A DNA stretch of 64,000 nucleotides from Planctomycetota bacterium (GTDB lineage Bacteria > Planctomycetota > PLA2 > JAEUHO01), in assembly GCA_965222115.1 (NCBI GenBank), contig CBDCTJ010000007.1, positions 1,184,001 through 1,248,000 of the forward strand, in the 5' to 3' direction. The stretch's first letter is position 1. Every line of letters starts with the position of its first letter. A model generated the notes under the pieces. It was not told the origin of the DNA, did no database searches, and saw nothing but the letters and a program-made list of their open reading frames with translations. The position numbers and the translations under genes are program-made. This document shows, one piece after another, positions 38,751 to 49,023 of the stretch.

Positions 38751-40595
38751 ATGACGAGCGACGCGATCACGCTTCTCGGAACGAGCGATGTCTTTCAGGG
38801 GCTCGATGAACGGGTGCTAACGCTGCTCAGCCACGAGGCGTCGGTGCGCGAGACGCGGGCCGGGGACGTGTTGTTTCGAGAGGGGGGACGACGCGACGCG
38901 TGCTTCCTCGTTGTGAAAGGTCAAGTGGAGGTCGTGTTCGGCAACGATCGAGGGCAGGGGTCGGTGGTGCTGTTCGGGTCCGGTGAATGTGTGGGGGAAG
39001 CCGGTTTGGTTGAGCCCGGTATTCATTCGGCGTCTGCGTCAACGCCCTATCCGGCAACGTTGTTGGTGCTGCCGCTTGAAGGGGTGCGGCAGCGATTGCG
39101 TGAAGATGGAGCAGCGGCCCTTGCCGTGTCCACCGCCGTTACGCGGGTCGTGTTGCGCAGACTCCAATACGCCGCATCGCGCCGCGAGGGGTTTGATCGC
39201 ATTTATGCCAGCGGTGAAACGCGCGTGGAGCACGATCTCTTAGGAGAACTCGATGTGCCGGAGGATGCGCGCTACGGTGTGCAAACCCTTCGCGCGGTGC
39301 AGAACTTTCCAATCTCGGGTATCAGCATTGCGCACTTTCCCGCCTTGATTCGTGCACTGGCCGCGGTGAAGCAGGCGGCGGCGCGCGCCAACGCGAAACT
39401 TCGAATGCTCGAACCGCGCCTCGCCGACGCGATTGATCGCGCGTGCCAAGAGATCATCGACGGCCATTGGCACGGCCACTTTGTGGTGGACGTGGTGCAG
39501 GGCGGCGCGGGCACATCCACCAACATGAACGCCAACGAAGTGATCGCGAATCGTGCGTTGGAGCTTATGGGCTATACGTGTGGCGAGTACGAGCACTGCC
39601 ATCCCAACAATCACGTAAACCTATCGCAATCCACCAATGACGCGTATCCCACCGCCGTAAAGGTCGCCGCGTTCATTGAACAGCGCGCGTTGGGGGAGGC
39701 GCTCGAAGTGTTGGCGGCGGCCCTCGATGAAAAAGCCAAGTCGTTCGCTCACATCATTAAGATGGGCCGTACGCAGTTACAAGACGCCGTGCCCATGACG
39801 CTGGGCCAGGAGTTTCGCGCGTACGCCGTGACGGTTCGGGAAGACGTTCAGCGGCTGGCGGAAGCGGCCAACCTCATGCTGGAGATCAATCTGGGCGGCA
39901 CGGCGATCGGCACGGGCCTCAATGCGCATCCCCAGTACCGGATGCTTGCACTGGATGCGTTGCGTGAAATCACGGGCCTTGAGGTGGTCTTGGCGGAAGA
40001 CTTGATTGAGGCCACGCCTGACACCGGCGCGTTTGTGCATTTCAGTGGCGTGCTCAAGCGGATTGCGTGCAAGGTCAGTAAGCTCTGCAACGACTTGCGA
40101 TTGCTCTCCTCGGGGCCGCGTGCGGGCATTGGCGAGATCCATTTGCCACCGATGCAGCCGGGCTCGTCCATCATGCCCGGCAAGGTCAATCCGGTGATTC
40201 CCGAGGTCGTCAATCAAGTCGCCTATCGCGTGATTGGCAACGATCTGACCATCACCATGGCGGCCGAAGCGGGTCAGCTACAGCTCAACGTGATGGAACC
40301 GATTATCGCGTTCAACTTGTTTGAGTCGGTGAGCATGTTGACGGCCGCCGTACGCACATTGACGTCGCGATGCATCGAGGGCATCGAGGCGGATGAGGCT
40401 CGCTGCCGCGAACTTGTGGATCGATCGATTGGTGTGGTGACTGCGCTCGTACCTCACCTTGGGTATGATCGCGCGTCGGCCGTGGCGAAAGAGGCACTTT
40501 CCTCCGGCCTTTCGGTTCGCGACATCGTGTTGCGCGATGGCGACATGGATGAAGAACGATTGGATAAGGTCCTCTCGCCAGACGCGATGGTGTGA
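38751..40595 (+). CDS. aspA: Aspartate ammonia-lyase with an N-terminal cyclic-nucleotide-binding (CAP-ED) domain
   Basis: N-terminal AGDVLFREG..LVVKGQV..GECVGE..HSASA; aspartase R.EHDLLG, QGGAGTSTNMN, SQSTNDAYPT, KMGRTQLQDAVP and GSSIMPGKVNP. Confidence 0.95.
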   Translation: MTSDAITLLGTSDVFQGLDERVLTLLSHEASVRETRAGDVLFREGGRRDACFLVVKGQVEVVFGNDRGQGSVVLFGSGECVGEAGLVEPGIHSASASTPYPATLLVLPLEGVRQRLREDGAAALAVSTAVTRVVLRRLQYAASRREGFDRIYASGETRVEHDLLGELDVPEDARYGVQTLRAVQNFPISGISIAHFPALIRALAAVKQAAARANAKLRMLEPRLADAIDRACQEIIDGHWHGHFVVDVVQGGAGTSTNMNANEVIANRALELMGYTCGEYEHCHPNNHVNLSQSTNDAYPTAVKVAAFIEQRALGEALEVLAAALDEKAKSFAHIIKMGRTQLQDAVPMTLGQEFRAYAVTVREDVQRLAEAANLMLEINLGGTAIGTGLNAHPQYRMLALDALREITGLEVVLAEDLIEATPDTGAFVHFSGVLKRIACKVSKLCNDLRLLSSGPRAGIGEIHLPPMQPGSSIMPGKVNPVIPEVVNQVAYRVIGNDLTITMAAEAGQLQLNVMEPIIAFNLFESVSMLTAAVRTLTSRCIEGIEADEARCRELVDRSIGVVTALVPHLGYDRASAVAKEALSSGLSVRDIVLRDGDMDEERLDKVLSPDAMV

Positions 40596-40602
40596 GTCGG
40601 AC

Positions 40603-41097
40603 CTAGAATTGCGTGAGCACATCCGGCAAGAAATCGGGCTTGAAAATGCGAACGACCAAGAGCAATGCGGCTGCCGCGACCAACAATATGAGCACCGCGT
40701 CGATTGCGAATAACAACTGAACCGTGAGCCAAAGGATGCCCACAACAAGTTCGACGGGAAACATCAGTACACGTTTCCAGGTGGGGGCCTCGCGCAAGTT
40801 GTTGAGAATGCCTTGCAGCCATGCGCTGCTGCCATGAACCGCGGGAAGGGCTAGGCGGGCAAGTGCCACCAAGAGCGCAATCGCGGCAACAGCCTTAATC
40901 GCGCGCCCACCCATGCCTTCGGGCAAGTTGTCGAGGAACTGTTGTTGCTGTTCTTTGGAGCGCGTGAGGTAGTAGATTAAGAGCCCGACCGGCGCAGCGC
41001 CGAATGCAATCAACATGGCCAAGGCGCCCGAGCCGCTTTTCTTTCGTGGCCGCTTGGCGCGTCGGGGTGCCCCGCGTTCGGATCGGTGATCGCTCAT
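40603..41097 (-). CDS. Hypothetical membrane protein
   Basis: Three to four hydrophobic segments; ATGA overlap with the upstream DUF1573 gene. Confidence 0.72.
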   Translation of the reverse strand: MSDHRSERGAPRRAKRPRKKSGSGALAMLIAFGAAPVGLLIYYLTRSKEQQQQFLDNLPEGMGGRAIKAVAAIALLVALARLALPAVHGSSAWLQGILNNLREAPTWKRVLMFPVELVVGILWLTVQLLFAIDAVLILLVAAAALLLVVRIFKPDFLPDVLTQF

Positions 41098-42221
41098 TTG
41101 TCGGCGGCCTCCTTCGATGTGGGCTTGTTGGGTGCGGGTGATTGCTTGGCGATCCGTTGCACGCGTCCCGAAATCGTAACCAGCGTAGGCGAGGCACCCG
41201 GAAGTCCCGTGTGAACTTCAATGACCTCGTCGTTTAGTGTGCCTGCGGGTGCGTCTTTGGGGACGGTGACAATCAGGCGCCAGAAGCCGCGATCGCCGTG
41301 ATACGGGTCCTTTTTGATCTCTACGTTGACTTTGTCGAGCTTGGCGCGCGCAGAGACGTTCTTGAAGACTTGTTTGCGATCGTAGGGCCTAAGTTTCACG
41401 CTTGCAGTGCGCGTGGTGCCTTGGGGCACCGTACCAAACGGCAATCGACGCGACTGAATCCATACCGGCCCACACACATTGGCGGTGATGGGCATGGTGA
41501 TACGTTCCTTACCCTTCACGTTGGTGCGAATGATGGCCTCCGCTGAGAACATGCCGACCGGCGGTGGGGATGGAAACGCAAACGACACGACCCATCCGCG
41601 CCAGTTGTCGTTCGGCTTGGGCTTGTACGGCGTGACCTTTGTTCTGAACGGATGAGCCGGCACTTCGACGCGCGTGATTCGGTAAGGCGCACCAAGTGTG
41701 TGATCCCAAAGAAATGCAACGTCGTTCGTAGGTGCATCGCCGTGGGGCACATCACCAAAGTGGACCGAGGCATCGCGCTGAATGAACCCCTTAGTAACCG
41801 TTACATGTTGGGCCACGAGGATGCTGCCATCGCGTCGATCCTTGCTATAGATACGGATCGACTTCTTGACCTTGCCGTAGAGAAATAGTGTGTCGAACTC
41901 GGTGGTGAGCGTGCAGGACGCGCCGGGCTCCAGCGAAGACTTGTCAATCTTGACTCGATTGCAGCCACATTCACCGCGCGCGGCAATGCCATCTATCGTC
42001 ACGTCTCCGTGGTTTGTAATTGTGACTCTATCGATCGCCTTCTCATGTTGCCCGCGTGTGCCAAAGTCGATCGCCTCGCGGTCTACCTTGAGGTATCGAT
42101 GCCCCACGCGTGGGGGGCGCTTCGTTTTCGCGCTTGCTGTGGCGCACATCGCTATGCCGATAGCGCATAACCCGATGAACTGAAGCGTTGCGAGCCACGG
42201 ATGTCGGCGAGATCGAATCAC
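41094..42221 (-). CDS. Secreted DUF1573 (Ig-like repeat) protein
   Basis: IDFG..ITNHG..ECGC..LEPG pattern; repeated FG.V Ig-like modules. Confidence 0.85.
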   Translation of the reverse strand: MIRSRRHPWLATLQFIGLCAIGIAMCATASAKTKRPPRVGHRYLKVDREAIDFGTRGQHEKAIDRVTITNHGDVTIDGIAARGECGCNRVKIDKSSLEPGASCTLTTEFDTLFLYGKVKKSIRIYSKDRRDGSILVAQHVTVTKGFIQRDASVHFGDVPHGDAPTNDVAFLWDHTLGAPYRITRVEVPAHPFRTKVTPYKPKPNDNWRGWVVSFAFPSPPPVGMFSAEAIIRTNVKGKERITMPITANVCGPVWIQSRRLPFGTVPQGTTRTASVKLRPYDRKQVFKNVSARAKLDKVNVEIKKDPYHGDRGFWRLIVTVPKDAPAGTLNDEVIEVHTGLPGASPTLVTISGRVQRIAKQSPAPNKPTSKEAADK

Positions 42222-42227
42222 GGATTG

Positions 42228-43301
42228 CTATTTCGGTGTGGCGCGTGCCGTTGTTGGAAGATACACGCGTCCCGACACCAAAATCTCCGTAGGTGGCGCA
42301 CCGCGCATGCCCGTGTCAATCACCACCGTGTCGGTGAAAGGACCTTCCTTCATCCCGCGCGGTACTTGAATGGATACGCGCCATGTGCCGGGCTTCTTGG
42401 GGTTGGCCGCCACGGACGTGCGCAGCAAATTTGATTTGGTCTTTACACGAACTTGGCCAAAGCGCTCATTGCGATCAAAGGGGCGGAATGCCACCGACGT
42501 AGCCTTGCCGCGATCTTGTCGAACGAGTCCCATCGAAACCACGGGGCTCTGTACCCACACGGGCCCCATGACATTGGCCATAACGGGAAGTTGGACCACG
42601 GGCGTGTCGGGATGTGTCGTTCGCACGGAGACGTTTCCACGATAGAGGCCCAACGGTGGCGAGCCTTCGAGTGAAAACGTAAGCCGCCAACCTTGCCAAC
42701 GCTTCGTCTTCTCGTCGGTGTAGGGCGCCTTCTTCACTGCTACAAATGTCGATGGCAACTTGATGTCTTTGATCTCGAATGGCTTGCCTATGCCTTTGTA
42801 GGTGGCTAGCACCACGCTCGATGTTGCGGGTTTGCCCCGACGCACTTCGCCGAAGTTGATGCGACCTGGTGACAAAATTAGACCGCCGTAAATCGCAACT
42901 TTCAGTTCGATGGTCGCCACGCGGTCTTGGCCGTCGTGATAGGCGACGCGCATTTTCTTCTTGAGGTCGCCCGAGAACGTGAGCGAGCGAAATCGTATCT
43001 TGATCTCGCCTTTCTCGCCAGGCGCTACATTGGCCTTGGACGCCGTGGCGGAGTAGCAGCCACAGTCGCTCAGCACGCGAATACGAGTGACGAGTCCCGA
43101 GCCGGTGTTGGTGTAGCCAATCGTGCCGTCGAGTTCCGCGTTTTGGTTGGCGATGCCGAAATCATGCGACGTGCGCTGAAAGGTGAGCGCCTCTTTGGCA
43201 AAGCCACGTTCCGCACCCATTAGGGCAGCGGTTACACAAACCGCGAAGAGTACGACTCGTCGAAAGAAATGGCGCACGGGGCTCGCTCCAAAATCGTCCA
43301 A
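42228..43301 (-). CDS. Secreted DUF1573 (Ig-like repeat) protein, tandem paralog
   Basis: HDFG..TNTG..SDCGC..VAPGE; shares W.GW and ANV.GPVW.QS with its neighbour; start uncertain. Confidence 0.85.
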   Translation of the reverse strand: MDDFGASPVRHFFRRVVLFAVCVTAALMGAERGFAKEALTFQRTSHDFGIANQNAELDGTIGYTNTGSGLVTRIRVLSDCGCYSATASKANVAPGEKGEIKIRFRSLTFSGDLKKKMRVAYHDGQDRVATIELKVAIYGGLILSPGRINFGEVRRGKPATSSVVLATYKGIGKPFEIKDIKLPSTFVAVKKAPYTDEKTKRWQGWRLTFSLEGSPPLGLYRGNVSVRTTHPDTPVVQLPVMANVMGPVWVQSPVVSMGLVRQDRGKATSVAFRPFDRNERFGQVRVKTKSNLLRTSVAANPKKPGTWRVSIQVPRGMKEGPFTDTVVIDTGMRGAPPTEILVSGRVYLPTTARATPK

Positions 43302-43481
43302 TACGAAGATCCTCCAATACGAAGGACGTACTGCGCGCCAAGTTTACCCGGAAGCAGGGAGTGTCTTGCAAACCGAACTGTCTACTCCCGAGCGAGGCGC
43401 AGGAATCGAGCAAGCGTTTCGATCGGCTCCCGTGCAGGAATCCTGCCATCAGACGAAACGGGCTGGTGTACCTTGCGGCTC

Positions 43482-44474
43482 ATGACACGGGACCCAAACA
43501 GTTTGAACCATTCGCGCTGTACGGTACTCGTCACGGGTGGCGCGGGCTTCATCGGGCGCTCGCTCACATCGAGATTGCTTGAACTGCGCCATGACGTTGT
43601 GGTGTTGGATGATGGATCCACCGGCATGATCGATGACGTGCCTGGCGGGGCGCGAGTGATTGTGGGTGATGTTCGAAAGGCCGACGTCGTGTCGCGCGCG
43701 ATCAAGGGTGTCGATCTCGTCTTTCACTTGGCAGCGGCCGTGGGCCCTCGACTGGTTGCCGACGATCCGGTGGATACGTGGTCACGCAACGTCGAAGGCA
43801 CGGCAGAGGTCGTGCGCCAAGCCGCCGAGCGGCGTACGCGCCTCCTGTTTGTTTCGTCCAGTGAGGTCTACGACACCGCGCAGCGTTCGCCATCCTGCGC
43901 GATGACCGAAAGTGAAACGGTCACGTTGGATCCGCGCGGTCGTCGCGAACTCTACGCGATTTCAAAGGTTGCTAGTGAGAGCCTGATATGGGCACAGCAC
44001 CGTGCGGCTGGGCTTCCGGCAACCATCGTGCGACCGTTCAATGTGGTCGGACCCGGACAGCGCGGTCGCTACGGCATGGTGATGGCGCGTTTTGCGGAAG
44101 CGATTCGCGGCGGGCATCCGTTAGAGATCTACGGCGATGGCACCCAGCGACGTTGCTTTCTTCATGTGGACGACGCCGTGCGCGCACTCATCGCGCTTGC
44201 CAGCGAACCGGAAGCGATAGGTAAGACGATTAACGTCGGTTGCAATCACGAGACTTCGATACGCGAACTCGCGCACCGATTCGTACGCGTCGCGGGCGGC
44301 GACCATGAGATTCTCCATCGCCCGTTCGACGAGATTTATGGCGAGGACTTCCGCGATCCTCGTCGTCGCCTGCCGAGCCTCGTGCAGCTCAAGGCGTTGA
44401 TCGACTGGACGCCTGCGCGCGATCTTGATGATGTGATCGCCGACGTCTTGGGTGCGACGCCTTCCCTTACTTAA
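43482..44474 (+). CDS. NAD-dependent nucleotide-sugar epimerase/dehydratase
   Basis: VTGGAGFIG, HLAA, SSSEVY, YAISK, RPFNVVGP and GDG.Q.R.F motifs; TACCTT 7 nt before the ATG. Confidence 0.93.
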   Translation: MTRDPNSLNHSRCTVLVTGGAGFIGRSLTSRLLELRHDVVVLDDGSTGMIDDVPGGARVIVGDVRKADVVSRAIKGVDLVFHLAAAVGPRLVADDPVDTWSRNVEGTAEVVRQAAERRTRLLFVSSSEVYDTAQRSPSCAMTESETVTLDPRGRRELYAISKVASESLIWAQHRAAGLPATIVRPFNVVGPGQRGRYGMVMARFAEAIRGGHPLEIYGDGTQRRCFLHVDDAVRALIALASEPEAIGKTINVGCNHETSIRELAHRFVRVAGGDHEILHRPFDEIYGEDFRDPRRRLPSLVQLKALIDWTPARDLDDVIADVLGATPSLT

Positions 44475-44738
44475 GCGCACCGCCCGTTGCCCCTCGCGGC
44501 GCTCCAACGAATCGCGATGCGCGTTCCATAGCGGACCGAATCTTGATCTGAACCCTTCGCCAAACCCTGTTCCCAGCTTTTGCTCGGTTGCACTCGATAG
44601 CTGGGGAGCAAACGCAGTTCGAGAGTTGACTGGTGGGTGCGTGCGAAATTCGGCTCACTCACATGTTTGGATCTGTCGAGAGAAAGGGTGAGCTTCCTCA
44701 TCCTTCCGGATTAGGGGGAGTGAGAACCAGCTTCGCCT

Positions 44739-47723
44739 CTATGGCAACCGCACCGACAGTTTGATGGTTGACGTGCCATCCGAGTCGATCTCTTGAGTGT
44801 GAATCGCGTCGCGTTTGCTCATCTCGATGAACTTGAGTCTGAATCGACCCTCGCCAAGTCCCGTGACGGTGCCTCCAGGATGGGTCCCAGCGGGTCGGGC
44901 CATTCCCGAAGTCTGGTAGTGAGGTACGCCCAAGTGTTCGGCGCGGATGAATATGGCGCTGGGTAGAGGCTTCTCGCCTTTCTCAAACGTGATCTTGAGT
45001 GTGGCGCCCTTTGAGATATCGATGGTCCCCAAGTCGGTCTCGCCGGCTTTAATGTCGATATCGCGTTTGACATACGGGACGTCGCCGTAGCGGTACACAA
45101 CCATTGACCATCGACCGGGTTCTGGTGCCTTACACTTGTAGCGACCGTTGCTTGCAATAGTCTGCGTGGCCCGTCGCTGCGTTGCAATCTCCTCCTTGAG
45201 ATCGGCAAGTGACTTTGTGAAGCGAACCGATATATCTGTCAACCTACCCCCGCTTGATCTCGGATCGGGATCGGGTGATGTGTAGTCGGAACCATTGACT
45301 TGAAACGAGACGGTAGGACCTGCCGTCAGATTGAGCACGGCCTCACCGCTGCCAACCTTGTAAGCCTGATGCGGATGCCGCATTGAGAGGACCGGGTGGT
45401 GCGCAACAAGATTGAGTGTTTCACCGCGACGCGCATGGAGTTCGAAGCTTCCGTCTTTCGCTACGCGCACAGGATTCGAGCTTGAAACACGACCCGACTT
45501 GCGGCCCGCGACCTGCACGCGAGCAAACGCAGCGCGGTGTCCACCGGGAACGGTCACCCGTCCCATTACTTTGGTTGCCGCGGTCACATCAAATATGATT
45601 TCCACCGGTTTAGAGCCCGCCACGAGCTCAAACTCGTCGGAATGAATACTGGATAGCGCTTCTACGAGGCGGTAGCGCCCGGGCTTAAAGCCACGAAACG
45701 TATACACGCCATTCACCGGTCTGTTGCCAGCCCGAAATGCGGGGTCGTCGTAGAGGCTCTCAAATGTGTGGTGGCGCTCATTCCAACGCTCAACCTTTAA
45801 CCACCCCTTCAAATCTTCGTTGCGTTTCATGACGACCCGCAGCGTTGATGTGGAATGAAGTGCGATGTCGGCACGCCAGCGATCGCCTTCCTGCTTCGTG
45901 AGCGTAGCCTCGACCTCAGCGTATCCAAGAGCAGTGAGCTTCACGCGGTGCCCTGATTGATCCCTATTGAGCGGCCATTTGAACGTCATTCGACCTTCTG
46001 AGGGCGCTTCTGTCATGAACTCGGGGATGACCCACACCAAACGGCTTCCTTGAAGCGGTGGCGCCATAAGCCTGCAACTTGATGGGAGTCGCGGTACTCC
46101 GTCAATCGTCACAAACACGTCAGCGGAGGATAATCGATGCAATGTGACGTTCATGGACACTTGCTTGCCTGCAAGCGCGATGGTTCCCACTGGGATTCCA
46201 ATATGACTCTCATCGTGGAGGTTCCACCATACGACTGCGGAGTCTGCACAGAGGCGCTCGAATGTGACGGTGCCTTGTTCGTTGGTTACGGAAGGGCCGT
46301 GTGCCCCGCGTGGCTGTGTATGGAGGCGCATCCGGACGTCTCTGGCCGGACTCCCGTCGGGCCATGCCGCGTGTACTGTGAGGTTGCACGTGTGCCGAAA
46401 CGCTATCGGTGCAACTGGTTTGCCTCTAGGAGGGATTCGCCACATGGCCCACGTCCCATTGGGCGCTTCTACATGACCCCAATCGTGGCCGGGGGGGAAG
46501 TCGTCAATGACGACGTGCCCATCTTCAACGCGCGCCTTAGGTGTGGAGCGATAATATCCATGGAGCGCTTGATACTGGACGAGTTTGAGTGCCGTGCCAT
46601 TGGCGGGTGGCGCCACCTTGGACTCGCCAATCGGAAAGCGAAGTGTCTCGTACTCATAGAGCTTGACCGTAATTTCGTTTTCGCCCTTTTGCAATATCGC
46701 GCGCTCAACACTCCACCCCGAATTTAGCATTGCCAGCTTGGGTGCGCGTGCAACTACCCAGATGTGTGTAGGGGGTGCGCCGTGAATCACGGCCTTGCCA
46801 TCTTCGCCGGTTGTGATGGGTGTCATAGGGGGTAGACAACCTATGCCTCGCGGTGGCGGCATGGTTCCTTGACCCGCAATACACACTTCCGCGTCCGCCA
46901 CCGGCTCTCCACTCGCTCCATGTACGACATTGACGGTGACGACGCGGTCTAGGGGTAGCTCCACGTCGATAACGCCGTCGGCCGGCAGTGCAATCTGTTG
47001 GTGTGCGCGTCCATAGCCGCTTGCGGCTATGAATACATCGACGATCTCACCCGAGACCAGTTCAAATGCGGTCTTCCCGTGTGTGTCCGTATGGGGCGCA
47101 GCAATGGGCGCACCGCCAACCGTTTGGCTTGCGTTCCTTCGCTCGCGTGCGTAGACCGCCGCGTTTGCAATTGGCTTTCCCGCATGCACGACACGAAGTT
47201 CTAGTCGTTGACCCCTGCTGAGTATGAGTTCAGCGACCTTGCGCTCGTTCGTGGTAAACGGAACGGAGATGCTATTTCCTGCAAAGAATGACGCACGTGC
47301 TACTCGCCCATCATGCGATGCGCGCACGCTGACCTGAGCCAAGCCAGTAACGGGAGGACGGGTGGGAAGCTCATACGTGCCGTCTTGTTTCGACTTGGTG
47401 CGCCCAACGATATCACTCTTGTAACGGGCAACAATCGTAGCGCTAGCCACGGGTCGCCGCGCCTCGTCGAGTACGCGGCCCTTGGCGATCAATGCGTTTT
47501 CCGGAGCCACGTTGTCGGGCTCAGTTTCATCGCCGGACGGTACGACGTTCTGCTTACCCGGATTGAGCGCGACTTCGGCGCCGCGAAGTTCATCGTTGCT
47601 CGCGTCCTCTGTGTTCGATGTGCTTGAGGAATCTACAATTGAGTTGTTGTCGGCGTCGCGAAACAAGAACAGATAGGCGCAAACCAAGAGCAAGACGATT
47701 GCCAGCAAGGCCACATTGCGCAT
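44739..47723 (-). CDS. Large membrane-anchored carboxypeptidase-regulatory-like repeat protein
   Basis: N-terminal TM anchor; GRVLD...PVA.A and T..DG.A repeats; 994-aa ORF. Confidence 0.8.
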   Translation of the reverse strand: MRNVALLAIVLLLVCAYLFLFRDADNNSIVDSSSTSNTEDASNDELRGAEVALNPGKQNVVPSGDETEPDNVAPENALIAKGRVLDEARRPVASATIVARYKSDIVGRTKSKQDGTYELPTRPPVTGLAQVSVRASHDGRVARASFFAGNSISVPFTTNERKVAELILSRGQRLELRVVHAGKPIANAAVYARERRNASQTVGGAPIAAPHTDTHGKTAFELVSGEIVDVFIAASGYGRAHQQIALPADGVIDVELPLDRVVTVNVVHGASGEPVADAEVCIAGQGTMPPPRGIGCLPPMTPITTGEDGKAVIHGAPPTHIWVVARAPKLAMLNSGWSVERAILQKGENEITVKLYEYETLRFPIGESKVAPPANGTALKLVQYQALHGYYRSTPKARVEDGHVVIDDFPPGHDWGHVEAPNGTWAMWRIPPRGKPVAPIAFRHTCNLTVHAAWPDGSPARDVRMRLHTQPRGAHGPSVTNEQGTVTFERLCADSAVVWWNLHDESHIGIPVGTIALAGKQVSMNVTLHRLSSADVFVTIDGVPRLPSSCRLMAPPLQGSRLVWVIPEFMTEAPSEGRMTFKWPLNRDQSGHRVKLTALGYAEVEATLTKQEGDRWRADIALHSTSTLRVVMKRNEDLKGWLKVERWNERHHTFESLYDDPAFRAGNRPVNGVYTFRGFKPGRYRLVEALSSIHSDEFELVAGSKPVEIIFDVTAATKVMGRVTVPGGHRAAFARVQVAGRKSGRVSSSNPVRVAKDGSFELHARRGETLNLVAHHPVLSMRHPHQAYKVGSGEAVLNLTAGPTVSFQVNGSDYTSPDPDPRSSGGRLTDISVRFTKSLADLKEEIATQRRATQTIASNGRYKCKAPEPGRWSMVVYRYGDVPYVKRDIDIKAGETDLGTIDISKGATLKITFEKGEKPLPSAIFIRAEHLGVPHYQTSGMARPAGTHPGGTVTGLGEGRFRLKFIEMSKRDAIHTQEIDSDGTSTIKLSVRLP

Positions 47724-47774
47724 GAGACTCTCCCACGAGCATCATACGCGCCTTGGGAGTAACAGCAATCCCGG

Positions 47775-48962
47775 CTAGACCGCATACCTCGCCGGGATAG
47801 CCGATAGTGCTTGATCCAAGTCGGCGATCAAGTCATCCACGTGTTCGATGCCAACGCTCAGGCGCAGCAGCCCATCATTGAAGCCGGCCGCTATGCGTTC
47901 TTCACGGGGAATGGAGGCATGCGTCATGATGGCGGGGCTGTCCAAAAGGCTTTCGACGCCACCAAGACTCTCTGCAAGTGCGAAGAGTTTTACAGTTTCG
48001 GCGACGGCGCGGCTGCCTTCGATATCGCCAACGACTTCAAAGGAGACCATGCCGCCGGGTCCAGACATTTGTCGCTGGGCAAGGTCGTACTGCGGATGCG
48101 ATGGCAGGCCCGGATATAGAACCTTGGTTACGGCGGGTTGCGCTTCGAGCCACGTGGCGATCTGTTTAGCGTTTTCGATGTGGCGATCCATGCGCACGTG
48201 CAAGGTCTTTGTGCCGCGCAGTACGAGGAAGCAGTCCATGGGGCCCGGTACCGCGCCGACCGCGTTTTGTAAGAAGTGGAGTCGATCAGCGAGGTCATTA
48301 TCGTTGACAATGAGTGCGCCGCCAATGACATCGCTGTGGCCTCCCAAATACTTCGTGGTGCTGTGGAGCACAATGTCGGCCCCGAGCGCAAGTGGTTGTT
48401 GCAGATAGGGCGTGATGAACGTGTTGTCTACCACCGTGAGCGCGCCGTGTTCCTTGGCGATCTTGCATGTGGCGGCAATGTCGGTAATGCGCAGCAGTGG
48501 ATTGCTGGGTGTTTCGATCCACGCGAGTTTGGTGTCTCGCGTGAATGCGCCACGAAAGGCATCCAAGTCGGTGGGATCGATGAACGTAAACGTGAGTCCT
48601 TGACGCTCAAACACCTGGCGCATCAAGCGGTACGAGCCGCCATAGAGATCGTTACAAGCAACCACGTGGTCGCCCTCCGAGAGCAAATGCAAGACGGCCG
48701 TGCCCGCCGCCATGCCGCTGGAAAACGCAATGCCATGAGCACCGTTCTCAAGGGCGGCGAGGTTGGCTTCGAGCGCGGTGCGCGTGGGGTTGGTGGTGCG
48801 TGAATAGTCGTAGCCCTTGTGGACGCCCGGTGATTCCTGCACGTAGGTACTCGTCATGTAAACCGGTGGCATGATGGCGCCTGTGCTTGGATCCGGAGAT
48901 TGGCCGGCGTGTATCGCGCGCGTTCCGAACTGATTGCCGCCGCGATGTTGGTCGTTACTCAT
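47775..48962 (-). CDS. metB: Cystathionine gamma-lyase/gamma-synthase
   Basis: TRAIHAGQ, YSRTTNPT, ETPSNP, VDNTF, HSTTKYLGGHSD, AESLGGVESL and RLSVGIE; next to a CBS gene, so gamma-lyase activity is likely. Confidence 0.92.
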   Translation of the reverse strand: MSNDQHRGGNQFGTRAIHAGQSPDPSTGAIMPPVYMTSTYVQESPGVHKGYDYSRTTNPTRTALEANLAALENGAHGIAFSSGMAAGTAVLHLLSEGDHVVACNDLYGGSYRLMRQVFERQGLTFTFIDPTDLDAFRGAFTRDTKLAWIETPSNPLLRITDIAATCKIAKEHGALTVVDNTFITPYLQQPLALGADIVLHSTTKYLGGHSDVIGGALIVNDNDLADRLHFLQNAVGAVPGPMDCFLVLRGTKTLHVRMDRHIENAKQIATWLEAQPAVTKVLYPGLPSHPQYDLAQRQMSGPGGMVSFEVVGDIEGSRAVAETVKLFALAESLGGVESLLDSPAIMTHASIPREERIAAGFNDGLLRLSVGIEHVDDLIADLDQALSAIPARYAV

Positions 48963-49023
48963 GGTGAGCGTTCCTGAAGGTGTTGTGAGCCGCGCGACTG
49001 TCTATAAGCGAATCGCCATGACG

